In this document: positions 54,858 to 64,000 of the stretch, one piece after another
Numbering within the stretch: position 1 is the first letter of the stretch
Layout: every line of letters begins with the position of its first letter
Origin: Candidatus Krumholzibacteriia bacterium
Lineage (GTDB): Bacteria; Krumholzibacteriota; Krumholzibacteriia; LZORAL124-64-63
NCBI GenBank assembly: GCA_050174015.1
Contig: JBFXKG010000003.1
Coordinates: 1 to 64,000 of the forward strand
Direction of reading: 5' to 3'
Length of the DNA: 64,000 bases
Notes under the pieces: model-generated
The model's input: the letters and a program-made list of their open reading frames with translations, nothing else
What the model was told of the DNA's origin: nothing
Databases searched by the model: none
Position numbers and translations under genes: made by a program

Positions 54858-55478
54858 ATGAAATCCCTCATCCTGGTGGCGGCGGCCTTCATCCTCGCCG
54901 CCCTGCCCGCCGTCCAGGCGCCCGCCCAGATCATCGACACCGAACCCGACGTGATCGGGTTCTTCCTGGACCCGATCGGCAACGTGCCCGGGGCCTGCAA
55001 TCCCTTCCTTGCCTATGACGCCTACCTCATGATCACCCGGCCCAGCGACACCTCGGGGCTGACCGCCTACCAGTGCTCCTTCACCATTCCGCCCGTCGTG
55101 CAGCCCCTGGGATTCCAGCCGGCCGGAGGCATCATCATCACGGATTACTTCCCTGTGCTGGACGTCTTCTACTCGACCCCGTTGCCCTGGGCGAACGACG
55201 TCTACATCCTGGGGACCTGGCGGTTCTTCCTCGCGACGGGGACCGACTGGGTCCTGCTCGCCGATCACTTCCCGGCCGAATGGTATCAGGCCGCCTACCG
55301 CACGGTCGCTTCGGGCGAGACCCGAATCCCCGTCCATCCCGCCGACTGGGGCAACGGAATGCCCATCGGGCCGCCCTTGTCCGATGGCGTCTTCTGGTTG
55401 AACGAACCGGGGTTCTGCGGGTACGTGGTCGATGAAGAGAAGGAATCCTGGGGCGGGGTGAAGGGCCTGTACCGCTGA
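54858..55478 (+). CDS. Secreted hypothetical protein with C-terminal WGxxKxxR motif
   Basis: Signal peptide; D.IG.F.D, AYL.IT.PS..G; ends EKESWGGVKGLYR*. Confidence 0.7.
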   Translation: MKSLILVAAAFILAALPAVQAPAQIIDTEPDVIGFFLDPIGNVPGACNPFLAYDAYLMITRPSDTSGLTAYQCSFTIPPVVQPLGFQPAGGIIITDYFPVLDVFYSTPLPWANDVYILGTWRFFLATGTDWVLLADHFPAEWYQAAYRTVASGETRIPVHPADWGNGMPIGPPLSDGVFWLNEPGFCGYVVDEEKESWGGVKGLYR

Positions 55479-55510
55479 AAGGGAGCGACCAGCAGGAGTA
55501 CCGGATCGCA

Positions 55511-55541
55511 CGAGGCCCCGGGCGTCGCACCCGGGGCCTCG
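55511..55541. terminator. Hairpin between convergent genes
   Basis: cgaggccccggg...cccggggcctcg. Confidence 0.55.
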
Positions 55542-55577
55542 GTTGTCGGGAGATGGTGGGACCGCCGACCGCCGCCG

Positions 55578-57455
55578 TCAGGCTTCGACGGTCTCCCGGC
55601 TGAACACGTCCTCCAGCATGGCATCGATGTCTTCACCCTGGCGGCGGGATCGACCTTGGCCCGCGGGGACGGCCCGGCCTCTCGCCCTGCCATCTCCGCT
55701 TCCCCCGTAGACCAGCAGCTCGAGGGTCTTGACCAGGTCTAGCATCACCCGCGCCTGGGCGTTCATCTCCTCGCTGACGGAAGCGGTCTCCTCGGCGCTG
55801 GCGGCGCTGCTCTGGGTCACGTCCTCGAGCCCGGACATGCCGGATTCGATCTCCTTGACGCCGGCCGCCTGCTGGCCCGACGCCTGGCTGACCTGGGCCA
55901 CCTTGTCGGTCACGCCTTCCAGGTTGCGGTTGAGCTTTTCCAGGATGCCGCCCAGGTCCTTGCAGGAATCGACCCCGTTGCCGGCGTTTTCCCGGGCCTG
56001 ATCCAAAAGGACGGTGGTGTCGCGGGCGGCCGCCGCCGCCCTCTGGGCGAGGTTCCTCACCTCTTCGGCCACCACGGCGAATCCCTTGCCCGCCTCGCCC
56101 GCCCGGGCAGCCTCCACGGCGGCGTTGAGGGCCAGCAGGTTGGTCTGGAAGGCGATCTCGTCGATGGTCTTGATGATCTTGGCGGTCTCCTCCGCCGAAT
56201 CCCGGATGACGTCGATGGCATCCCGCATCCGCTCCATGGCCATCCGTCCGTTCTCGGCCTCCTTGCGGGCTTCCTCGGTGGCGTTGTGGGCGTCCCGGGC
56301 CCCTGCGGCGTTGGCCGACACGTTGGCCGAGATCTCCCTGAGGGTGGCCGACAGTTCCTCCAGGCCGGCGGCCTGTTCGCTCGCCCCGGAGGCCATCATC
56401 TGGCTGGCGCTCGAGACCTGCTCGGCGGCCCCGTCCACCTGCTCGGCGCCCGAGCCCAGGCCGGCGATGGCCTTGACGATGGGGCCGTTGATGCTGCGGG
56501 TCATGAAGACCGTCAGGACCAGGCCCAGGATGATGCCTGCGCCGATGCAGATCAGCACGAGGGTGATGGTGCGCCGGGCCCGGGCGGTGGCTTCCCCGAT
56601 GCGGGTCTCGGAGAGTTCGTGCCCCTGGGCGGCGATTTCGGCCACGATGGGTTCGATGGCGTGGACCGAAGCGCGCATGGCGCCCGTCAGCTCCTTGATG
56701 CGGTCGTCTTCTCCGACCAAGCCATCGAAGACCTTGCGGTAGTGGTCGAGGGAGGAGAGGGATCCCGATATCCTTTCCCCGGAGACATTCCCGGCCGAAA
56801 GGCTCTTCACCCAGGCGGAGAGTTCGTCCAACTCTTCGTGCACCTTGCCCAGGTACTTGTCCCGCATGGGATAGGACCCGTCCGGCCCCTGGGTTTCGTG
56901 ACGCAGCAGGTAATCTTTCTCACTCCGGCGGAGGGAGAGCAGGAGGGTCCGTCCGGTCAGGAATTCCTCCCCGCCCAGGGTCTTTTCCAGATCGTGGGCG
57001 GCGTCCCGGAACTGGCCTTGCATGCCGGAGTCGAAGTCGAGGCCCCGGCGCTCCCAGGAGGCGACCAGTGCGGAGAATTCCTTCTGGTAATCGTCGGCGG
57101 CCCGCCCGGCGTCCTGGGACTTGGCCGCCAGTTCGGACTGGCCGAGGGATTCGGCGATTTCTCCCGTGGCCGCGAGGGCGCCCTTCAGCAGCTCCAGGTT
57201 CGCGGCGAGTTGCCCGGAATACTTGAGATCCCTGCGGAGGAGGAAGTCCTTCTCGTCCCTGCGGCACTGGAGCATGGCGATTTCGGCCCTCCGGGCTGCA
57301 GTCGCGAGCTTTGCTTCTTTTTCGAAAATCTGGTTGAATTGGTCGGTGACACCCATCAGGTTCAGCAGGCCGACGGCGCCGACGACGACCATGAGGCCCA
57401 GAAGCAACCCGGAAGTGAGGCCGATCTTCGCGGACAATTTGAGATTCTTGAACAT
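55578..57455 (-). CDS. Methyl-accepting chemotaxis protein (HBM-like sensor domain)
   Basis: Two TMs; duplicated [42 protein letters not shown]. Confidence 0.92.
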   Translation of the reverse strand: MFKNLKLSAKIGLTSGLLLGLMVVVGAVGLLNLMGVTDQFNQIFEKEAKLATAARRAEIAMLQCRRDEKDFLLRRDLKYSGQLAANLELLKGALAATGEIAESLGQSELAAKSQDAGRAADDYQKEFSALVASWERRGLDFDSGMQGQFRDAAHDLEKTLGGEEFLTGRTLLLSLRRSEKDYLLRHETQGPDGSYPMRDKYLGKVHEELDELSAWVKSLSAGNVSGERISGSLSSLDHYRKVFDGLVGEDDRIKELTGAMRASVHAIEPIVAEIAAQGHELSETRIGEATARARRTITLVLICIGAGIILGLVLTVFMTRSINGPIVKAIAGLGSGAEQVDGAAEQVSSASQMMASGASEQAAGLEELSATLREISANVSANAAGARDAHNATEEARKEAENGRMAMERMRDAIDVIRDSAEETAKIIKTIDEIAFQTNLLALNAAVEAARAGEAGKGFAVVAEEVRNLAQRAAAAARDTTVLLDQARENAGNGVDSCKDLGGILEKLNRNLEGVTDKVAQVSQASGQQAAGVKEIESGMSGLEDVTQSSAASAEETASVSEEMNAQARVMLDLVKTLELLVYGGSGDGRARGRAVPAGQGRSRRQGEDIDAMLEDVFSRETVEA

Positions 57456-57595
57456 TTCGCTACCCCCGAAATCCAATGCCGGAAATGGCCACTAAGACGG
57501 TTCGTGTTGAGGCAATTCGGGAACGCACGGGATTTCTTTAGAAAAATATTGAAAATCAGTGTCCATTGGTCCGGTTGAGACCAGGGAGGCCACCG

Positions 57596-59152
57596 TTGCT
57601 CGACGCCTTGATCATCCTCGCCTACTTCGCGGTCGTCATGGCGGTCGCGTTCCGGGCGCGCCTGCGGGGCGACGCCGGCATCGACGAGTACTTCGTCAGC
57701 GGCCGCAACCTGCGCTGGTGGTCCATCGCCGCCTCGACCATCGCCACCAACCTGCACGCCGGCCACTTCCTGGCCGTCATCGGGGCCGCCTACGCTTACG
57801 GCATCGCCCAGGCCAACTTCGAGCTCAACGCCGTGTTCGGTCTGATCATGGCCGCGTTCGTCTTCGTCCCTTTGTACCTGCGCGCCCGCGTGGTCACCAT
57901 CACCCAGTTCTTCGAGCAGAAGTTCGGCCGGGGCGTGGCCACGACCTACTCCCTTTTGACGATGTTTCTGTACGGAACCCTTTACCTGGGCGGGACCCTG
58001 TTCTGGGGTGGTTACTCGCTGGAGATCCTGTTCGGGGATGCCGTGCAGGCGGTCGTGGGCGGGACGCCGGCGGTGAGGATCGGAATCATGATCGTCCTGC
58101 TGGGGGGCATCTCCGCCTTGTACACCTATTTCGGTGGCCTGGGGGCCGTGGTCCGCACGGACGTCGTTCAGTTCGTGCTCCTTCTGGGTGGCGGCATCGT
58201 GGTCAGCGCCCTGGCGGTGACCCGGGCGGGCGGCCTGGGCGAGCTCTACGCCCTGGCGCCCGACCGGATGCACCTGCACCTGCCCAACTCCCACGATCAG
58301 CTGCCGTGGCTGGGCATCCTGGCGATGAACCTGCTGAACCTGCAGTACTGGGGCTGCAACCAGGTGATTTTGCAGAGGTCGCTGGCCGCCCGCAGCCTGA
58401 AGGACGCCCAGATCGGGCTGCTGGTGGGCGGGATCTTCAAGTTCGTGACCGCCGGCATGCTGGTGATGCCGGGAGTGGCCCTGGTGGTGATCCTGGGCCC
58501 GGAGGGCGAGCTGGACGATCCGGACCAGGCCTACATCCGCATCGTGGAACTGCTGCTGTCGCCGGGGGTGCGGGGGCTGGTCCTGTGCGGACTGTTCGCC
58601 TCGCTGATGAGCAGCGTCGACTCGATCTTCAACTCCATCTCGACCCTGTGGTCCATCGACTTCTACAAGCGCTACCTGAGGCGGGACGCCACCGAGCAGC
58701 AGGTGGTCGCGGTGGGCCGCCGGGCCATCCTGGCCACGCTGGCCATCGGCATCCTGTTCGGATTCGCCTTCACGTACATCAAGATGGCTGACCCCTCGTT
58801 CCCCCTCGATCCCTTCTTCAAGAAGACCAGCTACTTCATCAAGAACGGGTTCGTGGTGCTGATCTCAGCTGCGGTGTTCCTGCGGGATCCCTCGCGCCGC
58901 CTGGTCTGGGCGGCCATGCTGGTCACCATCCCCGTGACGATCGCCGTGAACCTGGCCTACGCCGGGACCCCGTACCTGATCCTGACCTCGGTGATCATCG
59001 CGGCGGGATTCCTGGTGGTCGCGGTGCCGACCTGGCTCAGGCGGGGTTGGCGGCTGGAGTCACGCCTGTTCCAGTCGGGAGGCCGGGCCGTCGGCTGGTT
59101 CGGGGCCGCGCTGGGGGTGGCGCTGGTCGCGGCGCACGTCGTGTTTCACTGA
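57596..59152 (+). CDS. Sodium:solute symporter (SLC5, sugar-type)
   Basis: YF..GR.L.WW, GGL.AVV.TD..Q, YW.CNQ.I.QR.LAA, S.DS..NS.ST; TTG start after GGAGG. Confidence 0.88.
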   Translation: MLDALIILAYFAVVMAVAFRARLRGDAGIDEYFVSGRNLRWWSIAASTIATNLHAGHFLAVIGAAYAYGIAQANFELNAVFGLIMAAFVFVPLYLRARVVTITQFFEQKFGRGVATTYSLLTMFLYGTLYLGGTLFWGGYSLEILFGDAVQAVVGGTPAVRIGIMIVLLGGISALYTYFGGLGAVVRTDVVQFVLLLGGGIVVSALAVTRAGGLGELYALAPDRMHLHLPNSHDQLPWLGILAMNLLNLQYWGCNQVILQRSLAARSLKDAQIGLLVGGIFKFVTAGMLVMPGVALVVILGPEGELDDPDQAYIRIVELLLSPGVRGLVLCGLFASLMSSVDSIFNSISTLWSIDFYKRYLRRDATEQQVVAVGRRAILATLAIGILFGFAFTYIKMADPSFPLDPFFKKTSYFIKNGFVVLISAAVFLRDPSRRLVWAAMLVTIPVTIAVNLAYAGTPYLILTSVIIAAGFLVVAVPTWLRRGWRLESRLFQSGGRAVGWFGAALGVALVAAHVVFH

Positions 59153-59811
59153 ACCCCGGACGAACCGGAGGCGGGCCCCGGCCGCCGGATCCGCGCCGGG
59201 TCGGCCCGCACCCCGATCACCCTGCCGCTACCTGGATGGCCCGGAGGCAGGCGCACGAAGAGGCGATTGTCGGAGCCGGGGCCCAGCCCGTTGAAGGCGC
59301 CGTCGATCTGGACCGGGCCGTCCCCCGTGAACCGCGATTCCCTTTCCTTTTCGTGGCATACGAACAGGATCCCCGCGTCGGCCACCTCGATGGTGTCCCC
59401 TTCCTGCACGATGGAAAGGACAAGGGCGCCCGGATCGATCGCCACCCCGCCGTCCTCCATGAAAAGGGCGGAGGCCCGGAACCACGCGTGGTCGGGATCC
59501 TCCTTGATCCGGATGGTCCACGGATGATCGCGGGCGACCTGGTCCTTCATGGCCTGGAATTCCGGCTGGCCCATGGCGCCGGCCATGGGCCGCTCGACGG
59601 TGAGGGAACGGTCGCGCAGGAATCGGGTGTCGATCCGTCCGCCCACCAGGAAACGGACGCCGGCGGCCTCGCAGGAGACGACCTCATCGCCCAGGCGGTC
59701 CGGGACGGGCGGGGACCCGCCGGCCACGGGGAAGTTGCCGGTGACGTGGCCGCAACCGGCCGCCGTCAGGATCAGGGCGGCGGCGAATCGGGTCAGGCCT
59801 CTGATCGTCAC
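59146..59811 (-). CDS. Hypothetical lipoprotein
   Basis: GTG start overlapping the upstream stop (GTGA); lipobox AAGC. Confidence 0.55.
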   Translation of the reverse strand: MTIRGLTRFAAALILTAAGCGHVTGNFPVAGGSPPVPDRLGDEVVSCEAAGVRFLVGGRIDTRFLRDRSLTVERPMAGAMGQPEFQAMKDQVARDHPWTIRIKEDPDHAWFRASALFMEDGGVAIDPGALVLSIVQEGDTIEVADAGILFVCHEKERESRFTGDGPVQIDGAFNGLGPGSDNRLFVRLPPGHPGSGRVIGVRADPARIRRPGPASGSSGVQ

Positions 59812-61022
59812 TTCGCCGCTCCCCCGGCAACGAACTTCACCGGATCCAGCCGGTAGGCGCTCACGGTCAGGGCGGCGTCGGGAGCGGAAGGGTGCGCGGA
59901 CCCGGGTGCGTTCCGGATGAAGCGTTCGGCCCCGTGGACGATGACCATGAAGTCGTCGGAGCCGAAGAAGACGCGGTCGATGCTCTCGTCGCCGGGACCC
60001 AGGATCCGGACCGTTCCTGCGGCGCGGCCGTCGGGCGTGACGGCCTCCAGGGCGAGGAAGACTCCCTCGTGGCGGTGCAGTCCCGCCCGGTTGGTGCGCA
60101 CCCACAGGCTGCCGTCGGACCGGGGATAGATGGAACGGACGACGGCCTCGGTCTCGCTGGCCACCAGTTCCACCCCGAAGCGGGCCGGCGATACTCCGCC
60201 CCACAGGTAGTCGAGGAAGCGCCGTTTCTCGAATTCCTCCCGCTTCCGCCCTGGGAACTCGAACTCCGCGCGGCAGGCGAAACGGCCGTCGGGGGTGAAC
60301 CACCGCAGGTGGTACCTGTCCCAGAACGGGGCCGCCACGATCCGTCCCCTGGCGTCGACGGTCCAGGGATCCCACAGGCTGAAGTAGTTCTCCTCCTCGA
60401 CGTCGGCCCCGGCGACTTCGCCCACGTCGAGCAGGCGCCGGGTCGGGGGGATGGGATCGGGAACGCCGAGGTCGGGGAATTCCGCCAGGTAGGACCAGAG
60501 GCCGTAGACCAGGTCGGTCGAGGACTTCACCACCGGCTCCCGGATCACGGCCACGACGGCGCCGGTTTCGCCGGTCCGGGGCAGGGCGTGGATCCTTCCC
60601 ACCTGGACCAGCCCCGTCTCGATGCCGGCCGGCCGCAAGCACCCGCGGGGTGCGCCGGTGCAGGGGTCGAGCTTGATGATCCTGCCGGACTGCCTGGACA
60701 CCACGCCCAGCGAGCCGTCCGGCATGCCGGCCAGGAATCCCGGCGACCGGAACTCGCCGGGACCGTCGCCTTCGCGGCCGAGGGACCGGACGGGAATCCC
60801 GTCCGGGCCGAAGACCCTGATCACGCAGAGCTGGGAATCGAGCACGTAGACGGTGTCGCCGGGGGCGATGTGGACGTCCTCGATGCGGCCGAAGACGACG
60901 TCCCCGGATCCGTCGGCGCCGGCGGTCCAGAGAGGTCGGAGCAGATAGTCCTGGCTGAATACGGCACCCGGTACCAAGGCCGCGATCAGAAACGCAGCCG
61001 CCGCGAGAGTTCGCCCTGTCAT
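59808..61022 (-). CDS. Secreted 6-bladed beta-propeller (NHL-like) protein
   Basis: Signal peptide; FG.I.D...D.VYVLD.Q...I.VF..DG...GR.G.GPGEF..P. Confidence 0.75.
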   Translation of the reverse strand: MTGRTLAAAAFLIAALVPGAVFSQDYLLRPLWTAGADGSGDVVFGRIEDVHIAPGDTVYVLDSQLCVIRVFGPDGIPVRSLGREGDGPGEFRSPGFLAGMPDGSLGVVSRQSGRIIKLDPCTGAPRGCLRPAGIETGLVQVGRIHALPRTGETGAVVAVIREPVVKSSTDLVYGLWSYLAEFPDLGVPDPIPPTRRLLDVGEVAGADVEEENYFSLWDPWTVDARGRIVAAPFWDRYHLRWFTPDGRFACRAEFEFPGRKREEFEKRRFLDYLWGGVSPARFGVELVASETEAVVRSIYPRSDGSLWVRTNRAGLHRHEGVFLALEAVTPDGRAAGTVRILGPGDESIDRVFFGSDDFMVIVHGAERFIRNAPGSAHPSAPDAALTVSAYRLDPVKFVAGGAAK

Positions 61023-61045
61023 GCCGGACGTCCTTTCGGCCGGGG

Positions 61046-61273
61046 TCAGTCGCAAGGATAGAGGCTGCAACCTCCGCTCATGCAGCACGCATCGATGACC
61101 TGGACGTACATCAAGCACAACGCGTTCCAGTTGGGGCTGGCGTAGCCGAGATCCTCGGCGACGTCGCAGGGGCCCCCGTAGGGATTGATGGCGTTGGTCG
61201 GAGTGGGCGAGAAGGCTCCGGACACCGCGAGCACGAGCAGCAAAGCCGCCAGGACTGCCTTCGTTTTCGACAT
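61046..61273 (-). CDS. Small secreted Cys-rich peptide (75 aa, 6 Cys)
   Basis: Signal peptide ending ...PTNA; mature INPYGGPC...LC...ACCMSGGCSLYPCD; AAGGGA RBS. Confidence 0.65.
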   Translation of the reverse strand: MSKTKAVLAALLLVLAVSGAFSPTPTNAINPYGGPCDVAEDLGYASPNWNALCLMYVQVIDACCMSGGCSLYPCD

Positions 61274-61535
61274 ATCGGCATCCCTTCATGAAAGGATTAT
61301 AGCACCGATATGAACCAACCCTGATGCGATCGCGTCGTGATGGGGCCAAAGATGACGGAATCCGATGATGGCTATGTGTTGATCCATACCCGCGGCGGAA
61401 GGTCCGCCGCCCCTCGACCTCAGATTAAGGAAATGAATGGCGGCATGCAACAAGGAAGGCAGCGTCCGCGGCTCCTGTCGCCGCCCGCCGCCGCCCTGGC
61501 CAATCCCGCCTGATCCGCAGCCGCGCCGGTCATCC

Positions 61536-62138
61536 CTACTGGATCCTCTGCATGGATTCCCCCTCGGGAAACAGGAGTTCGTCGAAGCGCGTCACAAGGT
61601 CCTGGAGTTCAGCGGTGGTTGCGGTCAGCACGAGCATGTCGTCACGCTCGATGTGGCCGATCACGATGCGGCCGTCCTCGATGGCCTGTTCGAGGGCGCC
61701 GCTGTCCAGGGCGTACAGGGTCAGGACGTCGCCTTCGCGCTCGATCTTCCAGAGGGAGTGGGCCGGCACCACGTGGGCCAGGAAGATCTCGTTGGCGGTT
61801 TCCGGCTCCTCGGGGAAGAGGTCGAGGTAACGGTTGGCGTTCAGCTCCAGCAGGTGGGCCTCGAGCAGGCCGTCCTGATCGGGCCGGATCCGCAGGGAGT
61901 CCTCCTGGCGCACGACCAGGCGCATGGACCCGCCGCCCCGGTCGCTGAACTGCCAGGTCTCGCCCTGGGGGTCGTCGGGATCCCCCCAGACGCCCCACAG
62001 GCCGGGGTCCTGGACCAGGGTGTCCCCGCTGTGCAGGGGTTCCACCGAAAGGGTGAAACATCCGGCCGCCGGGAGCGTCAGAATAAGGATGGCTGCGGCC
62101 ACGGCCGCCCTGCGGTATGTTCGGTTCCGTGATATCAT
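61536..62138 (-). CDS. Hypothetical lipoprotein
   Basis: Lipobox AAGC; S..PL....D..L.G.W, YLD..P, LTA.T.ELQ. Confidence 0.65.
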   Translation of the reverse strand: MISRNRTYRRAAVAAAILILTLPAAGCFTLSVEPLHSGDTLVQDPGLWGVWGDPDDPQGETWQFSDRGGGSMRLVVRQEDSLRIRPDQDGLLEAHLLELNANRYLDLFPEEPETANEIFLAHVVPAHSLWKIEREGDVLTLYALDSGALEQAIEDGRIVIGHIERDDMLVLTATTAELQDLVTRFDELLFPEGESMQRIQ

Positions 62139-62240
62139 GATTCGCCTCGATTCCGCCGGCCCCATGCCGGACGTCCATACTACGCCAGGCGGACGGCGAA
62201 CGCTTACCTCGAATCTGGATCGAAGACCCGGGAAGCCGAA

Positions 62241-63599
62241 TTGCAACCGCTGCAGTACCGCCAGATCTTCTCCTTCTACTGGCCCCTGGTGTTGACCAGC
62301 CAGATGATGACCCTGGCCCATCCCATCGTGAACGCCGCCCTGGGCCGCAGCGAGGGGGCCATCGTCCAGCTGGCCGGCTACGGGGTCGGGTTCGGCCTCG
62401 GGGTGTTCCTCAACTCGCCGCTGTTTCCGTTCCAGCAGTGCGTGGCGGCCCTGGGCGTGGGTCCCCGGTCGCGCCGCGACCTGACGCGCCGGGTCATGGT
62501 CCTGGCGGCGGTCATCTGCGCGGTGGAACTGGTCCTGGCGCTGAGCCCCTGGGGGGGCCCACTCATCGGCAGGCTCATGGGTTCCACGCCCGCGGTGACG
62601 GACCTGGTGCGCAAGATCCTGCTGGTGCAGGCGCCCATCCCCCTGCTCCTGCCGCTGCGGTCCCTGGCCTGGGGCGTCATCATGCGCCACCGCGCCACGC
62701 GGGTGATCAGCCTGGCGACCGCCCTGCGGTTGACGCTGCTGTCCGTGGTGGTCTTCGCCCTCGTCGGCAGGGGTTTCCTGGCGCCCGCCGTCATCGCGGG
62801 GGCCGCGATGACCCTGGCGATCCTGGTGGAGACCCTGTACTCGGGCTGGCTGGCGATCGGGCTCGTGCGCGCCGGGGCCGAGGGGATCGACGGGCCGGGA
62901 GACGGGCCGGTCGGCTGGGGGGCCTTCTTCGGATTCGTCGGGCCCCTCATGGTCAGCACGGTGACCTGGTCGGCCATGCGTCCGCTGATCAATGCGGTGA
63001 TCGGCCGGACCGGCGATCCCGACCTGGCCCAGGGCGGTTTCGGATTCGTGTTTCCGCTGCTCATCCTCATGGCCTCGCCGCTGTGGTCCCTGAACAACAC
63101 CGCCCTGGTCCTGATCCGCGACCGGCACGACCTGCGCCGGGTCGCGCGGTTCAGCGCGGGGGCCATCCTGCTCTTCGTCGCCCTGATCGGGGTCTTGGCC
63201 TGGACCCCCCTGCGGCCCTGGGCCCTGGCCCACGTCTTTGCGCTGGAAGCGGACAAGGCCCTCTACGTCACCGGGGCCCTGCTGCTGATCCCCCTGCAGC
63301 CCATCCCCCTGGGTCTGCGATCCCTGAGCCACGGGTTCCTCATGAACCGCCGGCGCACGGGTGTGATCGCGACCGCCAGCCTGATCAAGACGGCGCTGAT
63401 CATCGCGACGGGGTTCGGGGTGGTCGCCGCTTTTCCCGGCGTCAACGGGGCCCTGCTGGGGACCGCCCTGGTGATGGGGGGGGGATTCCTGGAGACGTTC
63501 ATGGTCGGCTGGAGCGCCGTGCGCCTCCATCGGGCCCTGATCGCGGCGAGCGACCGTGAAATCACCCCGTCGCCCCTGATGACCGAACCCCTGGAGTGA
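62241..63599 (+). CDS. MATE-superfamily membrane protein, ANKH-like
   Basis: About 12 TMs in two repeats; F..PL.......P..NA...R.......LA.Y in both halves; TTG start. Confidence 0.6.
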   Translation: MQPLQYRQIFSFYWPLVLTSQMMTLAHPIVNAALGRSEGAIVQLAGYGVGFGLGVFLNSPLFPFQQCVAALGVGPRSRRDLTRRVMVLAAVICAVELVLALSPWGGPLIGRLMGSTPAVTDLVRKILLVQAPIPLLLPLRSLAWGVIMRHRATRVISLATALRLTLLSVVVFALVGRGFLAPAVIAGAAMTLAILVETLYSGWLAIGLVRAGAEGIDGPGDGPVGWGAFFGFVGPLMVSTVTWSAMRPLINAVIGRTGDPDLAQGGFGFVFPLLILMASPLWSLNNTALVLIRDRHDLRRVARFSAGAILLFVALIGVLAWTPLRPWALAHVFALEADKALYVTGALLLIPLQPIPLGLRSLSHGFLMNRRRTGVIATASLIKTALIIATGFGVVAAFPGVNGALLGTALVMGGGFLETFMVGWSAVRLHRALIAASDREITPSPLMTEPLE

Positions 63600-63603
63600 G
63601 ACC

Positions 63604-64000
63604 ATGAAGCCCGACCCTGCTCCCCTGTTTCCATTTCCGCTAGCCGAGGCCCGGCCGGTGGTCCTGGCCGGGGCCGACTTCGACATCGCCGACCCTGCGG
63701 CGATGGCGGCCTTCATCGATCGGGCCAGGGGACCGGCGCCTGCGGCCATCGGCGGGTACGGCGAGAACCGGGGCATCTACGCCGCCAGCCCCCTGTTCGG
63801 GACGCCGGCCGCAGGCGAGGAGCCCCGGGTGATCCACCTGGGCATCGACGTCTGGACCGATGCGGGCACTCCCGTGAGCGCGCCGCTGGATGCGGTCGTG
63901 CACAGCTTCGCGGACAACGACCGGTTCGGGGACTACGGGGGCACCGTCATCCTCGAGCATCGGGCCGCCGCGGGCGTCTTCTGGACCCTCTACGGCCACC
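63604..64000 (+). CDS. M23 family metallopeptidase (runs off window end)
   Basis: Hand-translated: GGYGENR.IY..S.LF, IHLGID, GDYG.T.ILEH, TLYGH. Confidence 0.8.
   Translation, partial: MKPDPAPLFPFPLAEARPVVLAGADFDIADPAAMAAFIDRARGPAPAAIGGYGENRGIYAASPLFGTPAAGEEPRVIHLGIDVWTDAGTPVSAPLDAVVHSFADNDRFGDYGGTVILEHRAAAGVFWTLYGH

Noticed and set aside
54858..55478. Gene beside the tracrRNA as a Cas9 accessory
   Set aside because: Host-like GC, signal peptide, lineage-type C-terminal tail and its own TGCTACAAT promoter suggest a resident gene flanking the CRISPR island.
1..64000. Integron integrase, transposases, prophage genes, rRNA or tRNA
   Set aside because: None recognised by eye; a tRNA or Rfam scan was not possible.

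Overview
A 64-kb, high-GC bacterial chromosomal segment. The secreted-protein style (FlgD/T9SS-like 'PNPFNP' tails and C-terminal 'WGxxKxxR' tails) suggests an FCB-group lineage such as Krumholzibacteriota; this is inference. Most of the window is ordinary: ggt, tyrA, a PSRP-family regulator, two hybrid histidine kinases, two divergent Zn/Mn ABC systems around a Fur/Zur gene, an ECF sigma/FecR pair, two Na+:solute symporters, OYE, tpx, an ABC-2 exporter and an MCP. The accessory and hidden features are: (1) a complete type II-C CRISPR-Cas system (compact 1074-aa Cas9, cas1, cas2, 21 repeats/20 spacers, a clear tracrRNA), with a sigma70-like promoter in every repeat and an abruptly AT-rich 3' end of cas9; (2) two integron gene cassettes with attC sites and no integrase in the window, one a BrnT/BrnA toxin-antitoxin and one next to the CRISPR array; (3) a probable selenoprotein (DUF3179-like, UxxC, SECIS hairpin) that the ORF track splits in two; (4) four unrelated secreted proteins sharing a terminal [SAG]WGx[VL]Kxx[YFW]R motif, a candidate sorting signal; (5) a DUF2946-like CxxC/RAPP leader peptide ahead of a metal-uptake operon; (6) a ~150-bp dispersed repeat in three copies; (7) a Cys-rich secreted peptide plus beta-propeller plus lipoprotein module. 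All family calls come from motif recognition by eye; no database searches were run.
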